Shown here: positions 25,136 through 38,119 of the stretch, one piece after another
Position numbering within the stretch: the stretch's first letter is position 1
How the letters are laid out: every line of letters starts with the position of its first letter
Source: Takakia lepidozioides
Taxonomy: Eukaryota; Plantae; Bryophyta
DNA: 64,000 bases
Direction: 5' to 3'
Assembly: GCA_030704615.1 (NCBI GenBank)
Contig: CM060734.1
Span: forward strand, 8,060,001-8,124,000
The notes under the pieces: model-generated
Databases searched by the model: none
What the model saw: the letters and a program-made list of their open reading frames with translations, nothing else
Told to the model about the DNA's origin: nothing
Translations under genes and position numbers: made by a program

Positions 25136-26366
25136 TCAAAGGCTAACACCGGTAGTATGACCGTACTTACCTTGGAACAAACAATTGATCCGAGTTTTCC
25201 AAATATCCTCTAGAAATCCCTTTACACAAGCATCAATCTGCTCTGTGTGGTTTGCCCAATAACTAGGCCCCAAAAGGGCCTGGGCTTTTGGCTCAGCCTC
25301 AGTCTCCACCATGTGAGCAATTGCACCTTGTGCTCCCCGGTGTGTCGGTGTAACCGGCAACGTGGCAGCAGGTGTCTTAGTGACTCTGTCGGGTGTCTTA
25401 GTGGCAGCTGGTGTCTTTGTGGCTTTCTCGCTTGTCAATGCATGTGTCCCTGCCTCATCTCTGGCCTTCTCTCTGGCCTTCTCTCTTGCCCTCTCTTTTG
25501 CCCTCTCTCGGGCTTTCTGTTTCTTAGATGGAGTGGCTGCAGGGGATGCCTCGAGATCGACCATGTTCGGCCCGAGGGAACTTACACCCTCATGTTGTTT
25601 TGTGGGTGTTCTGTTGACTCCCCCCTCCGCAACCTCTGCTTGCTCTTTTGCTGGGGATTGCATCTGCTTTGCCTTCTTCTTCTTCTTCTTCTTCTTCTTC
25701 TTCTTCTTCGTGTGGGCGGGCCACCTGCCTATGCATCGACTTCATCTATGGGCGGATGCCCTGGCTGTTTCCGACGCCCTGCACCTGCCATGCCGACTGC
25801 TGCAGTACCAACCTCCCCAATCCCTATTCGGGCGTACTCTCGCTCCAGGGCCTCGCGTCCACCCGCAAAAGGAACAAGTTGGTGTTCAAGTGTGTCCTCC
25901 CGCCTCCACTTTGGCGACCGAAAAATGCGAACCCAGAGTCGACAGACTGCTGTCGATGACTGCTCGCGCCTGGTGTGACTGCTCGTCGAGTTGGAGCTGT
26001 CGATGATAACACCACCGTGTCGCGATCGTCTTCACTCTGTCATCCCCAACAGGAGGGCCATCATCCAAACCAAACCACAGTGAAAATGAGGGAGAGTCGT
26101 GCAAGTAGTCAGAGTAGGGAATAGATCACACAACCCTGAAAGCAAAAGCAACTACTCGCTAACAATCACATGCATAAGGAGAATTCCATGAAGACCCGCG
26201 AACCCCCGCGATCGTGGAGGCAAACAAAACAAAGCGAACAAGACGACGACAAATACCACTACACAAAGCGGAAGAAGCAAGGGCTCACCTGAGACTGCTC
26301 GGCTTCAATTGGCGCGGGCTGTGAGCAAGACAAGGGGATCTCCTGTTGTAGCTTCAGTCTGGCCAT
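25136..26366 (-). pseudogene. Degraded spliced low-complexity ORF, probably DNA-transposon associated
   Basis: ATG at 26366 after a TATA-like motif, with donor CAG|GTGAG at 26289. DSPSFSLWFGLDD motif and a K/E/A/T-rich block ending FQG|GTAAG. Frames are broken around a microsatellite. Confidence 0.3.
25673..25708. repeat. (CTT)12 microsatellite
   Basis: Read directly from the sequence. Confidence 0.95.
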
Positions 26367-26519
26367 GCGAGACGTTGGTCGCGGCCCGTAACTTATAAAG
26401 GTTTCAGTTTGCGCCGCGGTCGAGAACTAGGGTTTCTCTCATGAGAGCCTCGCCCTTCTCGACGCGGCATAAGTCCGAATAATAGAAATGTTGCGCATAA
26501 TGCGTGGTGGCAGTCGGCA

Positions 26520-27435
26520 AATGGAACTTCATCCACCCGTCACATCAAGGGCTCCAAGTGTATCCGGGAAGCTAGCATAGAATCCGTGCGGACCATCGGG
26601 TCCAAAATCGACGACGGCGGAACATTAATGTGGGGCCGGCCGAAATCATTGTGACAGCTCGCGAACTCTCCCCTTGAGATGATTTCAACGAACCACTCCC
26701 TGGATGGAAATATGGCGCGGTAATTCCATCCTTGGGATAAAATTGGATGGAAAAATGGGGCCAAATTTCCATCTAGTGGATGAACATTGACCGGCACGTG
26801 GCCCCCCTCCTCCCGAGATGACTTCATCCAGAGCCCCCATGATGGAAAAGGCGGCCGGAGGGAGATAAGTGGATGTGAACGGCCGAAAAAAGACGCGCAA
26901 GCGATATGGTATCTTGTTGGATATGCCCTCCCTCCCCCCAGACGACTTCATCCAATCCCCCATGGATGGAAATTTGGCGCCGAATTTCCATCCTGGGGAT
27001 GAAATTTGTACCGCTATGGGAAAGAAAAAGACGGCTGGAGGGAGATAAGTGGATGTGAAAGGCCGAAAAAAGACGCGCAAGTGATATGGTATCTTGTTGG
27101 AAGTGTAAAACATACCTATCTTGGGACAAAAAAACTCTGAAAATGGGAAATAATGGGTGAAAAAGATCCAGGACAGTTCCATCTGACCGCGCTGGATGGA
27201 AAAACGGCGTCGAATTTCCATCTTGGGGGATGAACTTGATGTGCCAGGTGTCGCTCCCTCCACCCGAGCGGACTTCATCCAAACCCCCTATATGGAAATT
27301 CGGCACCATATTTCCATGGGGGGGGGGGTTTGGATGAAGTCCTCTCAGGCGAAGGGTGCAACACATGGCACATCAAGTTCATCCCCTGGATGGAAAAACG
27401 GCGCCGAATTTCCATCCAAGGGGGGTTGGATGAGA
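26520..27435. repeat. Array of GGATGGAAA/TTTCCATCC and GGATGAA/TTCATCC inverted motifs (TE subterminal or foldback-like)
   Basis: Repeated mini-hairpins ATGGAAA-n-TTTCCAT, a ~70-bp direct repeat (26853 vs 27032) and a ~75-bp inverted repeat spanning 27226-27386. Confidence 0.8.
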
Positions 27436-28046
27436 ATATTGTCTTCAGGTTGCCCACACAACGGGCATTTGCAATCCCCCTTTCCTCTAAATTTCAGTCT
27501 AGTGTCGAGGGCGGGTAAACCCTTGATGTCATCCATGATGGCCTCTCCCATGTCACAGACTGGAAACAAGTTCAGGGAAATATTCTGCCTAACTTCATTT
27601 TCATCAGACAATTTCCTGGCAATTATAGAGAGAGAGAGGAATGGGAAGCAACTCTAAGATGGAGCAAAAAGGGGTGACTGCAGCAGATACAGCAAACCAC
27701 ACAATTTGCAGAGAAAACAGTGGTAAGGCACACTGACATTTATTGACAGACCCTTGAGAGACTGACCAAGGGACCTCTCATCGATCTCCATCTCTAACAC
27801 CGTAGGTAGCTAGTACATAAATTTATTGCTTATCTCTTAACTTCCACCTACAAGCAAACAGCGAAGCCCACACTGCAGGGTTGTAGGCAAAAATAACTTC
27901 TCTAAAAGTGAGACACCGATTGTGGTAGCTTCTCCTCTGTATAAGCACTGCATTAACAAATTCCTTTCATTCCAACAAAGACTGTACTTGGGCTTGTTCC
28001 TCCAATTGTCAGCTGACAGGCATCACCTCTGACCAGCGTGCAGCAT

Positions 28047-29998
28047 TTACTGCATGTGCCCTTGCTGCAATAAAAATCACACCCATCATTAGCATGCCAC
28101 ACACAACTTTCAGCCAGCCCACAATATAACCCGTAACCCAACAAATCTCGTCAAACTGAACCCGATTTTGAAACATAATAATTGCAAACAATCTGCTGAA
28201 TGTGAAGAGGAGGCCATCTCCCACAGGTTCACATTCTGAACATTCAAAACAAAGGGACCATTGCCTAAAGTGCAGTTCAAAGGTAACAAAGAGCATTGAG
28301 TCGCACAATCGGGTGTGTTCATCAATCAACAACCACTATGCGATGCAGGAGTACCTGTGGTGGCTGATACATCAGCTGAGGAGCGGGAGGAAGTGTTGGT
28401 TGAACCACCATCATCTCCTGCAGGAACTCACCGCCACTCTTAGTCGCATAACTTGCTATCTGTGACTACAATATCTCTCACAGCAATGAGATATGGTTAT
28501 GACGTAAACTACAATCATTATGTCTGTATTGACACCACCTTTCTTAAGGAACAAAACAGGGAGAACACACAAATTCATGGTGTATGAAACATGACTAGGA
28601 GAATTACAGACAGCCTTAATCTTCCTCAATGAAAGGAAACAAAAGCAGACTTCAGTAATACAGTTGTGGGTGCCAACAGCTGTCTGCACAGAGACACTTC
28701 TCAAAATCCACATTTAAAATCTACCTTGGTGTTTCAGAACCTGCTTCCAAGGGAGCCACTTACAGGAGATGCCATAGGGTGGTGCATTGTTTGAGTGGGA
28801 TAATACATCCCTCCATATGAAACTGGGTCGCCAGCAACTCCAGACCATGGCACTCCCAAATCCTCGTCCTAAAAACCAACAAGCATAAGAAACTTCAGCC
28901 TTCATCAAGTCAATGCTCCGCTGGGACAGGAGTTATGATGGAGACCTTAACTATAAATCAAGGCTACTATTCACTAATGAAAATTGCAACCCACCTTCAG
29001 CTCATCTCGGGGAACAATATCTACAAGGAAATCAAAGATATCACCCCGAGTGATGGCACCAGCAATATCATTTCTTTGGAGTGTTCGCCGTTTGTTCTCC
29101 TCGGTGTGGATCCAGGAGCGAAGAGTCAACTCTAAAATAAACATTTCGCAGGCTTTTGCAAAAAGGACTGGAGCCTCTGCAGCAATCATCTGCACCCACA
29201 CATGGTGCGACACATGTCAGAAAACCACCCCTCGGCTTGCATCTAGAAGAAGACCTAACCTTGCACAGTAACCCTACTACCAACAACCTCAAATTCAGTA
29301 ACCCTATCTCCCTCATGTGACACAAAACAACGATGGTGGTCGATTGCTAGGTCCCAATCCATACGCTGCAAACACTTTCTCCTCCCCAACCGCCCTAGCC
29401 AACCGTGTTTACCTTCACATCTTCATCGGACTTCATAATCTTCTTAATGCGCGCTAAGGGCAGCTGATGATTTTTGAACTCTGCGAAAAAAGATGAACAA
29501 CATCTTCAATAACGGGTTACGAGATTGGATCATCAACTGAACTGTTGCAACCTGTTCTACAATCCTTACCGTTTACTTGCTCCATCTCTTGGATCTGCTG
29601 CTGCCAGAAGAGCTGCAGCTGCTGCTTTTGCAATTGCTGGTAATGTAGCTGCGGCTGAATCTGTGGTTGCAGCTACACAGAGGAGACCACGACTCCATCA
29701 AACACAACATCGTGCATGATTATGCCTACAGAAACTGCCCTTCAACCATCCTGCATGCCGCTGTGGCCGCACAGAGAACACCATGAATCGCATATAAACA
29801 TACCATTACATCGTAACGGCCAAGGAACTTATCATACGTGAACACTCAAGGGTCACACACAGCCCACAAAACCGAAATGGACAATGTAACAACGGAAACC
29901 TGCTGCTGCGGCGGAGGATAGTGCATTTGCGGAGGCATTACGTTCCCGGGGTGCATCCCTGGTGAAGACGCCGGCATGTGGTGTTGGTGTGCCGCCAT
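28047..29998 (-). CDS. NF-YC: Nuclear factor Y subunit C; exons 29998-29900, 29672-29570, 29480-29413, 29189-28995, 28868-28764, 28417-28355, 28064-28047
   Basis: Spliced histone-fold [22 protein letters not shown]|[61 protein letters not shown], with a Q-rich N-terminus. All junctions are GT-AG and in frame. The last two exons are less certain. Confidence 0.92.
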
Positions 29999-30911
29999 AG
30001 CTGCGAACCTCGGACTTCTTTGCACTTCCCTCTTCAAAGAGTTCTTTCCCCTGTCCGGTCGTGCACAGTGCCGCCCATGTGCATCATGCATGCTTGTGTT
30101 TTCGTTGGGATCTCATTTGGGCTTGTCTGTACAGCTGCCCTACCAACAAACAAGCATCTCAACACAACGACATCGACAAAAGTTAGCGTAGAAAAAGTCA
30201 ATTGCCACGTTAACAATTCCAATCATGTGAACCAATTACCTCCCAGACTTGACTTTTATGGGCGATCAGACAAATCATGATGCGGAATTTAATGGTAGTC
30301 ACAGTCCTAAATACAGATGATGAGACTCCGGACGCCAGGGAATACACTGTAGATCCGCAAGAATCTCGGTAATTGCTCTGCAATTTGCAAGAGTAGATGT
30401 GGAAATAGTTGTGAATGCAGAGAGAGAGAGAGATGCTTGTGAGGTGAGCTTAGACTCTTGGGGTCAATCTGGATATGGGTTTATTTTCTTCTGCATGCAA
30501 GAGAGGGGTAGAAGCATGAAGGAGTCTTTGGGGTTGTTGGGCTTGCTGAGGGGCACAGAGGAGGGGGCAGCTGTGAAGCATGGGAGTTTGTCCCATGGAC
30601 CACAGCTACAATTTGCACAGTAGGATGCGCATCACGGTGGGAAGCTTGGTGATGTCTAGTGGCAGTACCGAGGGTGACCTCAAACAGCACAGATTATGAG
30701 GGGATGGTGAACGTCTTCCAGGTCCCATTATAGGAGTGTCTATGAAACTCACAGTATCAGCTGCGAGTATACGATGTTGAGCCACTGAGGAACATTTGGG
30801 CGTTCTTGAATGATGGGAACTCACACTCGAGCATGGTGGATGTACATATATACGATGCAACGATGAGGATTTAGCAAATCGAATGTCTGCATCGGGTGGT
30901 TTGTGTGGTCA

Positions 30912-33900
30912 ATGCACGGTCTCATCATGCTGGAGCTTATCCCTATAGGGACGCTGTTAGCTATTATCACGACGGAGGTACTGGAGACTGCTTTGGCAGC
31001 TCAGGATGTCCTAGTTGAGAAAGAAAGCTTCAGAACTCTGGCGCAGTATCTGCAAGACATACAGCCTGTGTTGACGGAACTTAGGAAACGGGAGATGAGA
31101 GACTCAAACGCGGTCAGGCAGGCCTTGGAAGCTCTTCAGGAAGACATTAAAAGGGCGCGGTGTTTAGTGGACATGTGCATCACAAAGCCCCGCTTTTATC
31201 TACTGGTGAATTGTCGCACCATTGTCAAGGATGCTCAACGAGTGACAAGAGATTTAGGAAATTCTTTGCAGCTTCTATCACTGGCTAGCATGGAAGTTTC
31301 TATCGATATCAGAGCAAACGTGAGTAAGTTGAAAGATCAAATGATCAACACAGAGTTTCAGGTGGGTGCTCTTGCAACTTCGACAATTAACAAATTGGAG
31401 TTGGGATTGAGAGAGCACAAAACTGATCGAGGGTTTGCAAATGACCTCCTTGCAGAAATAGCTAGAGCTGTTGGTGTGCCAGTAGAGGCATCAGAGATAA
31501 GCAAGGAGCTTGCCAGCTTTAAGAGAGAGAAAGAGGAGGCAGTGGTTCAGAAGAAAGAAGAGGAGGAAGCTTTCATGGAACAGGTCATTAAACTTCTCTC
31601 GCGGGCTGATGCAGCCTACAATCCAGAGGGAACAAAGGAGACTTACATTGAGAGAGTTCTCAGCATCAGCTCCAATTTCAATGATGATGAGCCTATGGCC
31701 CCACTGCATTCTTTTGTCTGTCCACTCAAACAGGACGTCATGGTTGATCCTGTGACCCTTCAAAGTGGACACACATATGAGCGAGAGCAAATCATGCGCT
31801 GGTTCAGTGAGGGTCACACCAAGGATCCTGTTACCAAGGAGGAGCTCTCAGACCTGTCAGTGAGGCCTAACACCCCTCTCAGGCAATCAATCGAGGAATG
31901 GGTGGAAAGAAATTATTGCATTATCATTCGGCATGCAAAACGCATGCTACAATCTGCTGAAGAATCAAAGCAAAAACATGCCCTCACCCAGCTGCAGCAG
32001 CTATGTCAACAGAACAATGTGAATAAAGAGTGGATTGTGGCAGAGGGCTTGTTGGTGGATTTCGTGGCGGCTCTCAAGTCTCACAGTCGGGAAGTTAAGA
32101 GAGGTGCACTGTCAACACTATTTGCTCTTGTTAAGGGCAACACACTCAATAAAGTGAGTTCTGACGACCACATTGGTTGGCTAGTAATGTTGGCTAGAGT
32201 AGCAGTGTTGGAATTTCTGCTTCTTGTTAATGCCATCTTGCAGCCAACACTGAATCCCTGTGACTGGATTGTTGTTTGCTTAGTGCATGGAATTTTTGGC
32301 TGGAGTTTCATACCCTGGGGTCAAATTCCCAAAAGAGGCCACAAAGGGCAGAAGTCTGTGGCAGAGCTTTGATTAAAAAGGATGTTTTGTTCAGAATAGC
32401 ATCTCCCTTTCTAGCTCTCCATCCCAATTGCTGACTTTTCATTTGGTCAGCTGTGCCGGCCATCAAGAGCTGTGTGTCACACGCGAATTAGTCTCTGGAC
32501 AACAGTGGAGAAAGAGCAAGTCGTCTGCTGTGCACTGTGGGATCCATACCAGCCCCGATAGAGATTCGTGTACTAGCAATATTTGAGCAGGGATTCATAA
32601 TCTTTCCACTCATGATCCCCAGAAGGAGGTTAGGTGTTGTTCATGTCTTGGTCATGACAGGGCAGTCCTCCAGATTAATTTCTCGACGTATCTTTATCTC
32701 TACTGCCCCACCTTAGGCCCATTGAAGGTTGACAGACAATCGGGCTATCTGGGTCTCTGAGTTAACACAGTGCTGCTGCAGCAATGTACTTTTAAGCATT
32801 TCTCTGATTGTCAGCTCTTCGACAATAATTGACTATCAGGCTGCTTGTTGGAGAACACCTTTGCTATGCCAATACGACAGTACATACAACATGTCAGGCA
32901 CAGATAAATATATTTCATCTGAGGCTGGCTCTTTATTGCTCAATGCTCAGCTTACTTAGCTTGGTATTTGCGAAAGTACTTTTGCCCCAATCTGGGTTTG
33001 ATGTTTAAGGACTGCTGTTCAATGTTGCCCTGAAGCTGGACTTCTTCTGTGCTGATCATTGTTTTTGGTGCTATGTAGACTTGTAGAAGGCCAAAACATT
33101 TTTTTCAGAATGGCATCTAAAGTGCAATGCTTGTAATGACCCTTCGCTTTGTCATTTTTCATTTGCACTTCGGAACCAAGCCTAGGCCGTCAGCTATGTC
33201 AACAGAGTTAATTGAGTTACTCTCCCTAATTTGATTTGACTGCTCACAAAGCTATTCACAAGAATGTGGGGAGGGAGGCACTTCTAGGCTGATTGATATT
33301 CTTCCCGAAAGCAGGAAAAAGTGGCTGAATCTGGAGGGGTGGAACAAGTGGTAAGGTGCCTGGCCCGTGAAATCAGCGTAGCCAAAGCAGCTGTGGCCTT
33401 GCTGCTGGAGTTGCTGCACAATGAACGACATGGCAAGAATGAGGTGGTCTACGCCAAAATAGAGCAAGAGCGCAGTGCCATCCTACTGCTTGTTACTCTC
33501 ACAAACAGTAAAGATCCAGAGGCTGTGCAAAATGCAAAGCTCATTCTTGAGCAACTTTCTGACAAGGATGAAAATGTGGTTCAAATGGCAGCTGCGAACT
33601 GGTGCCCCCCTCTTATCACATGTCTGTGCCAAGGTCGCCTCTCTTGTCCCTGGTTTCACCGTTTCTATGGTGTGAGCGCTAATGATGTCTTTTCTCTCTT
33701 AAATGTAGTATTATGTGACATCCAAGACGCACACAAGACTGTCTCAAAATAATCAGGCCTGAAATTGTTTATCTTCCTAATTTAAAGAGTCCTAGTATTG
33801 CTAGACTACCAGACAAATACCAGTGTAATCAAATTTCCTCTGGAAGTTGAAAAGGCATGGAGCTACTTGCATGCATGGTCAGCAGGTGAAGGGCTGCAAG

Positions 33901-35420
33901 TGGGATGTGGTGGGTGACAAACCTGCAGTCATGCCATTTGTGCAGGCACACAGGAATCAAAATTGGCCATGGCGAACGCAGTAGCCAAAATGGAATTGAC
34001 TGATCAAAGCAAGCATAAGATGGCAGAGCAGGGAGCTATAGCACCACTGGTGAGTCTGTTGGTGGCTGGCAACTTGGAAGCAAAGGCAGCATCACTAGGA
34101 GCACTGCAAAAGTTGTCAAGCCTAAGTCAAAATAAGAGCCATGTTGCTGAGGCCGGCGCAGTCCCTCTTGTGCTTGATCACTTGTTTGCAGGGACATCTC
34201 TTCCTAGTGTAAGAGAGTCGGCAGCTGCTATCCTCGAAAATTTAGCTTTGGGAGATGGCACCAAGTTTCTTGTGGATGCTCATGGCATTCCTATAGATGT
34301 GAGCCAGACCATACATAATCTACTTGCAATTCAGTCAAAGTTTGCCAGTTCTTCATTGGTTTGCAAGCATGTGCTGGGTGCTCTTTTGGGCATGGCATCT
34401 ATGGCTAATGCGGCTGAAGTCAGAAAGTGGATAAGGAATGGGCATGGCATATCGATGCTGTTACCTTTGATACAAGGGGCTGAGCGAGATGCTCGTGATT
34501 GCGTAGTCCGTCTAATCTGCTGCTTGTCAGAGGAAGGCGGGGCTGAAATTGCGGCACTTTTGCATAGACAGCATTTGGTAGGGGATTTGGTTAAGTTGCT
34601 GGGGGATAGGGGCAAAGGAGATTTGCAAACAGCTGCAGCAGGGATTTTGGAAAGCCTTCCTCTCAATGATAACCCCTTGACAGAGTCATTAGTAGAGGCA
34701 GGATCGCTTCCAGCACTTGTTGCTGTGGTTGAAAGTGGAAGCGTGAGAGCAAAGGAAAATGCCATTGGAGCATTGCTGCGGTTTACAAACCCTTCAAATA
34801 TAGCGACCCAAAGGGCTCTAGCTGATTTGAATGTTCATCCTCTTCTTGTCATGATACTTACTTCTGGTACACTGGCAGCCAAAACAAAAGCAGCTATGGC
34901 TTTGAAAAATTTCTCCGTCAGCTCCCATCAGTTGAGCATAGCGCCATCTGTGAGAGGGTGCCTATGCTTCAATGCTGGACGTCCACCTCTATGCAAGGTA
35001 CACGCAGGTAGCTGTGAAGTGAAGACCACATTTTGCATAGTAGAAGCTGGTGCTCTTCCTGGCTTGGTGATGCTTCTGGAGGAGCGCTCTGCAGATGCTG
35101 CTGAGGCTGCAATGGATGCACTGGCCACACTTGTCAGTGACGATGAGATTCTTGACAAAGGAGCCCAAGTGTTGCATGAGAGCAAAGCAATTGACCCAGT
35201 GCTAGGGTTGCTCATGCGAGGCCCAGTACAGTCGAGAGAAAAAGCAGTAAAATTGTTGGAAACAATTTTCAGGGCAAAGGGCATGAAAGATCTGTATGGG
35301 AGCAGAGCACGCATTCCTCTAGTGGACCTCGCAACACATGGGACTGTTGCAGTGAAGAAGAAAGCTGCCCGAGTTCTTGCCCAGTTAGGGATCATACAGG
35401 AAGCTTCGACTTATTTCTAA
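30912..35420 (+). CDS. Plant U-box/ARM-repeat E3 ubiquitin ligase (PUB43/44, SAUL1-like); exons 30912-32153, 33315-33633, 33946-35420
   Basis: U-box SFVCPLKQDVMVDPVTLQSGHTYEREQIMRWF...RPNTPLRQSIEEW, multiple ARM repeats and the CKVHAGSC..KTTFCIVEAGA motif. Junctions are in frame. The start could be 30927. Confidence 0.92.
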
Positions 35421-36489
35421 CACTTTCATGTGATGTAGTTTATTCTATAATCCTCCATGCACACAATTGGAATTGTTTTGATTCAGCCATTCCTTTATCA
35501 TTGTCAGCAAAGATCGGTTTTGAGGTGAATATGACCACTTGTGCTATTTTTATTCTAAGCCTTTCCATCTTCATTGTCTCTGCAAAGATCAGTTGGAAAC
35601 AGTACACAGATTTCTGCGAGTAGACAACAGGCTTTGACGTCTACTGGGCTCATGGAGAAATTCTTCGCAGACGGATTTCTATTACAACAGCAAGCTGGAC
35701 CGTTAGGCCCCCCCAGCAGCTGGGACTCTCCTAGCCTCATTTCCCTGGCTATCACTAACCATCACCGGCTTTTCTTGAACTGGTCTATCGATCCTGACTT
35801 CAGTTTTTCTGTGGTGCTCCTGTAGATTTTCTGATTCTCTGCAGGTTTCTTTTTGTTAGAGATGTAGTCTTAGAAGGTGGGAGCTTCATTTGTCCCTCCT
35901 AGTTTTTTGGCTACATCTGTCAGTCTATGCAGGCAAGTTTCATAGCTTGCTGAGAAATCAGTGAACCCATCATCTTTTAAGCTTACCCTAGGTGGCCTGT
36001 CCTTGGTGCTACCCAGTTGACAAATTGTAAGTCTCATGGCCTTCTGTCATGGTTATTTTTCCATGACTTCTTTCAATACAAAATTAAGGGCCTTTGTCCT
36101 GTCTTGCAGAAAGAAAAGAAAAGGAACATTATCAGTTCGACCTGAATTAGACCACAAGTGGGTAATAGGTCAGAGACTGACATAGGAGCATAGAATCGCC
36201 TGGCTACAAGTCCTTAAAACATGCTTCCAACTAGTCCTGCTGAACTCATAAAATTGGATGAGGCAAGAACCAAACAGGCTGGGGCCAATATGTGTGGGAG
36301 ATTATGCAGTCACTCCTTTTGTGGACACCAAGGTTGCCTTACTATGGAATACTGTTCCGCCACAAACCCTGTCCCTGTCCCGCCCCTTATCTGTCCCTGT
36401 CACACCCCTATCAAACCCTGTCACTCAACTGTTGTTAAAGTTGATGTTGTTAAGGGTGTGTTTGTGGCCAAAAAGTATTCACTTAGTGA

Positions 36490-36770
36490 AAACCTTTTGG
36501 CCACATCTACACCCCTAACATGAATTGCAAAAAGATGCTTCAACTCAAAGCATCTTCCCAAATATGCTTTCATATTTGTTAACAAGTGGGTTGTTAAGAA
36601 CAACATACTTGTTCCGAACAACCCACTTGTTCCCAACCTTTTGGCCACATCTACACCCCTAACAACATCAACATGAATTGCAAAAAGATGCTTCAAATCA
36701 AAGCGTCTTCCCAAATATGCTTTCATACTTGTTAACAAGTGGGTTGTTAAGAACAACATACTTGTTAACA
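36490..36770. repeat. Tandem duplication of ~145 bp
   Basis: AACCTTTTGGCCACATCTACACCCCTAACA...GTTAACAAGTGGGTTGTTAAGAACAACATACTTGTT at ~36491 and ~36636. Confidence 0.85.
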
Positions 36771-37209
36771 ACTTCTGAACAACCCACTTCTTCCCAATGT
36801 GCTTGTTCCCAACAACCCATTGTTCCCAACAAACTACTTGTTCATTTCCAAGAGGCATTCATTATATGGTCATGCCATACATATCATCAATCTATGAAGC
36901 AAGACTTTTGTTTTGTTTTGTTTTGTTTTGTCACGTTGAGATGTCCCGAACCGCAAGGCCCCAGCCCTGGTGCTTGGTCCCGTTGGAAAGCCCTCGAGGA
37001 GGAGGGGTGCACGGGCTTGGTCTCAGGATTTTTGGACCAGCGGTGTGGGAGATGTAGAATTCCAAGTACTTTTGGTCGCTGGAAATTCACAAAAAATAGC
37101 AAAAATGGCAAAGTGGGCATTCTTGGAACAATGGTTGGAGCCTCGACGGGAGAGATATCAAGGGAAAGGTCTTCGGTTCAAATCAGGTCGTAGGCTTTGT
37201 GGAAATTTT

Positions 37210-38110
37210 TTTACTTAGATGACATTGGACACTTGGGCCAACGGCAAAGGCTACCCTAGAGGTTGCATTTGGGCCTCGACATAGGAGACGCACTTGGATA
37301 CATAAGAAATTGCACTGGATACATAAGAGATTGGACTTGGGCTTAGATGACAATGGATAATTGGGGCTCTACATGGGAGATGCACTTGGATACATGAATA
37401 GAAGATTGCACTTGGGCATAAATGGGCCTCGACATAGGAGACGCACTCGGATACATAGGAAATTACACTTGGTCTTAGATTTCAATTCTTCACATATGGG
37501 CCAAACGACATAGCTACACTAGAGATCGCATTTGGGCCTCGACATAGGAGATACATAGAAGATCTTACACTTGGGCTTAGATGACACTGGACACTTGGGC
37601 CAACGGCACAGGCTACCCTAGAGGTTGCATTTGGGCCTCGACATAGGAGACGCACTTTGATACATAGGGGATTGCACTTGGACTTAAATGACACTGTGGA
37701 AAAAAAATTGATTAGATATGGCTTGCTTACTCTGGGACCTATCAAATGGTACATTGAATATGCTGGCCAAGTCTTGAAGCGAACGAAAATCATTTGGATG
37801 GGCAACCATCCATTGGCCCTCCAACGATTTTCGTTTCATCTCATATTACTCTGGGACCTCTTAGATGGTACATGCAACATACTGGCCAAGTCTCAAAGCG
37901 AACCAAAATCATTTCATTGGACAACCATCCGTTCAGCTATCGAATGAATTTCGTTTCATCTCATATTAGTCCGGGACTTGGTACATGATATGTTGAATAT
38001 AGTGGCAAAGTTTGAAAGCAAACGAAAATCATTTGGATGGTCAACCATTTGATCACCCATTGAATGAATTTCGTTTCGTCTCATATTAGACCGGGCTCTG
38101 TTACATGGTA
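37210..38110. repeat. Two adjacent degenerate minisatellite arrays (TE-internal)
   Basis: CACTTGG and GCATTTGGGCCTCGACATAGGAGA units at 37210-37700. ~120-bp AACGAAAATCATTTGGATGG...TTTCGTTTCATCTCATATTA units at 37730-38110. Confidence 0.8.
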
Positions 38111-38119
38111 TGTTTTTTT

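Noticed and set aside
25247-26006. Long plus-strand ORFs with poly-L, poly-F or poly-S
   Set aside because: They are antisense shadows of a K/E-rich minus-strand ORF and a (CTT)12 microsatellite.
26540-27657. ORFs of 150-200 aa in the GGATGGAAA array
   Set aside because: Translations of repeated non-coding motifs with no domain signature.
34331-35395. Minus-strand ORFs overlapping the PUB gene
   Set aside because: Antisense frames of a well-supported coding exon. The same applies to 52644-53114 opposite ataxin-3.
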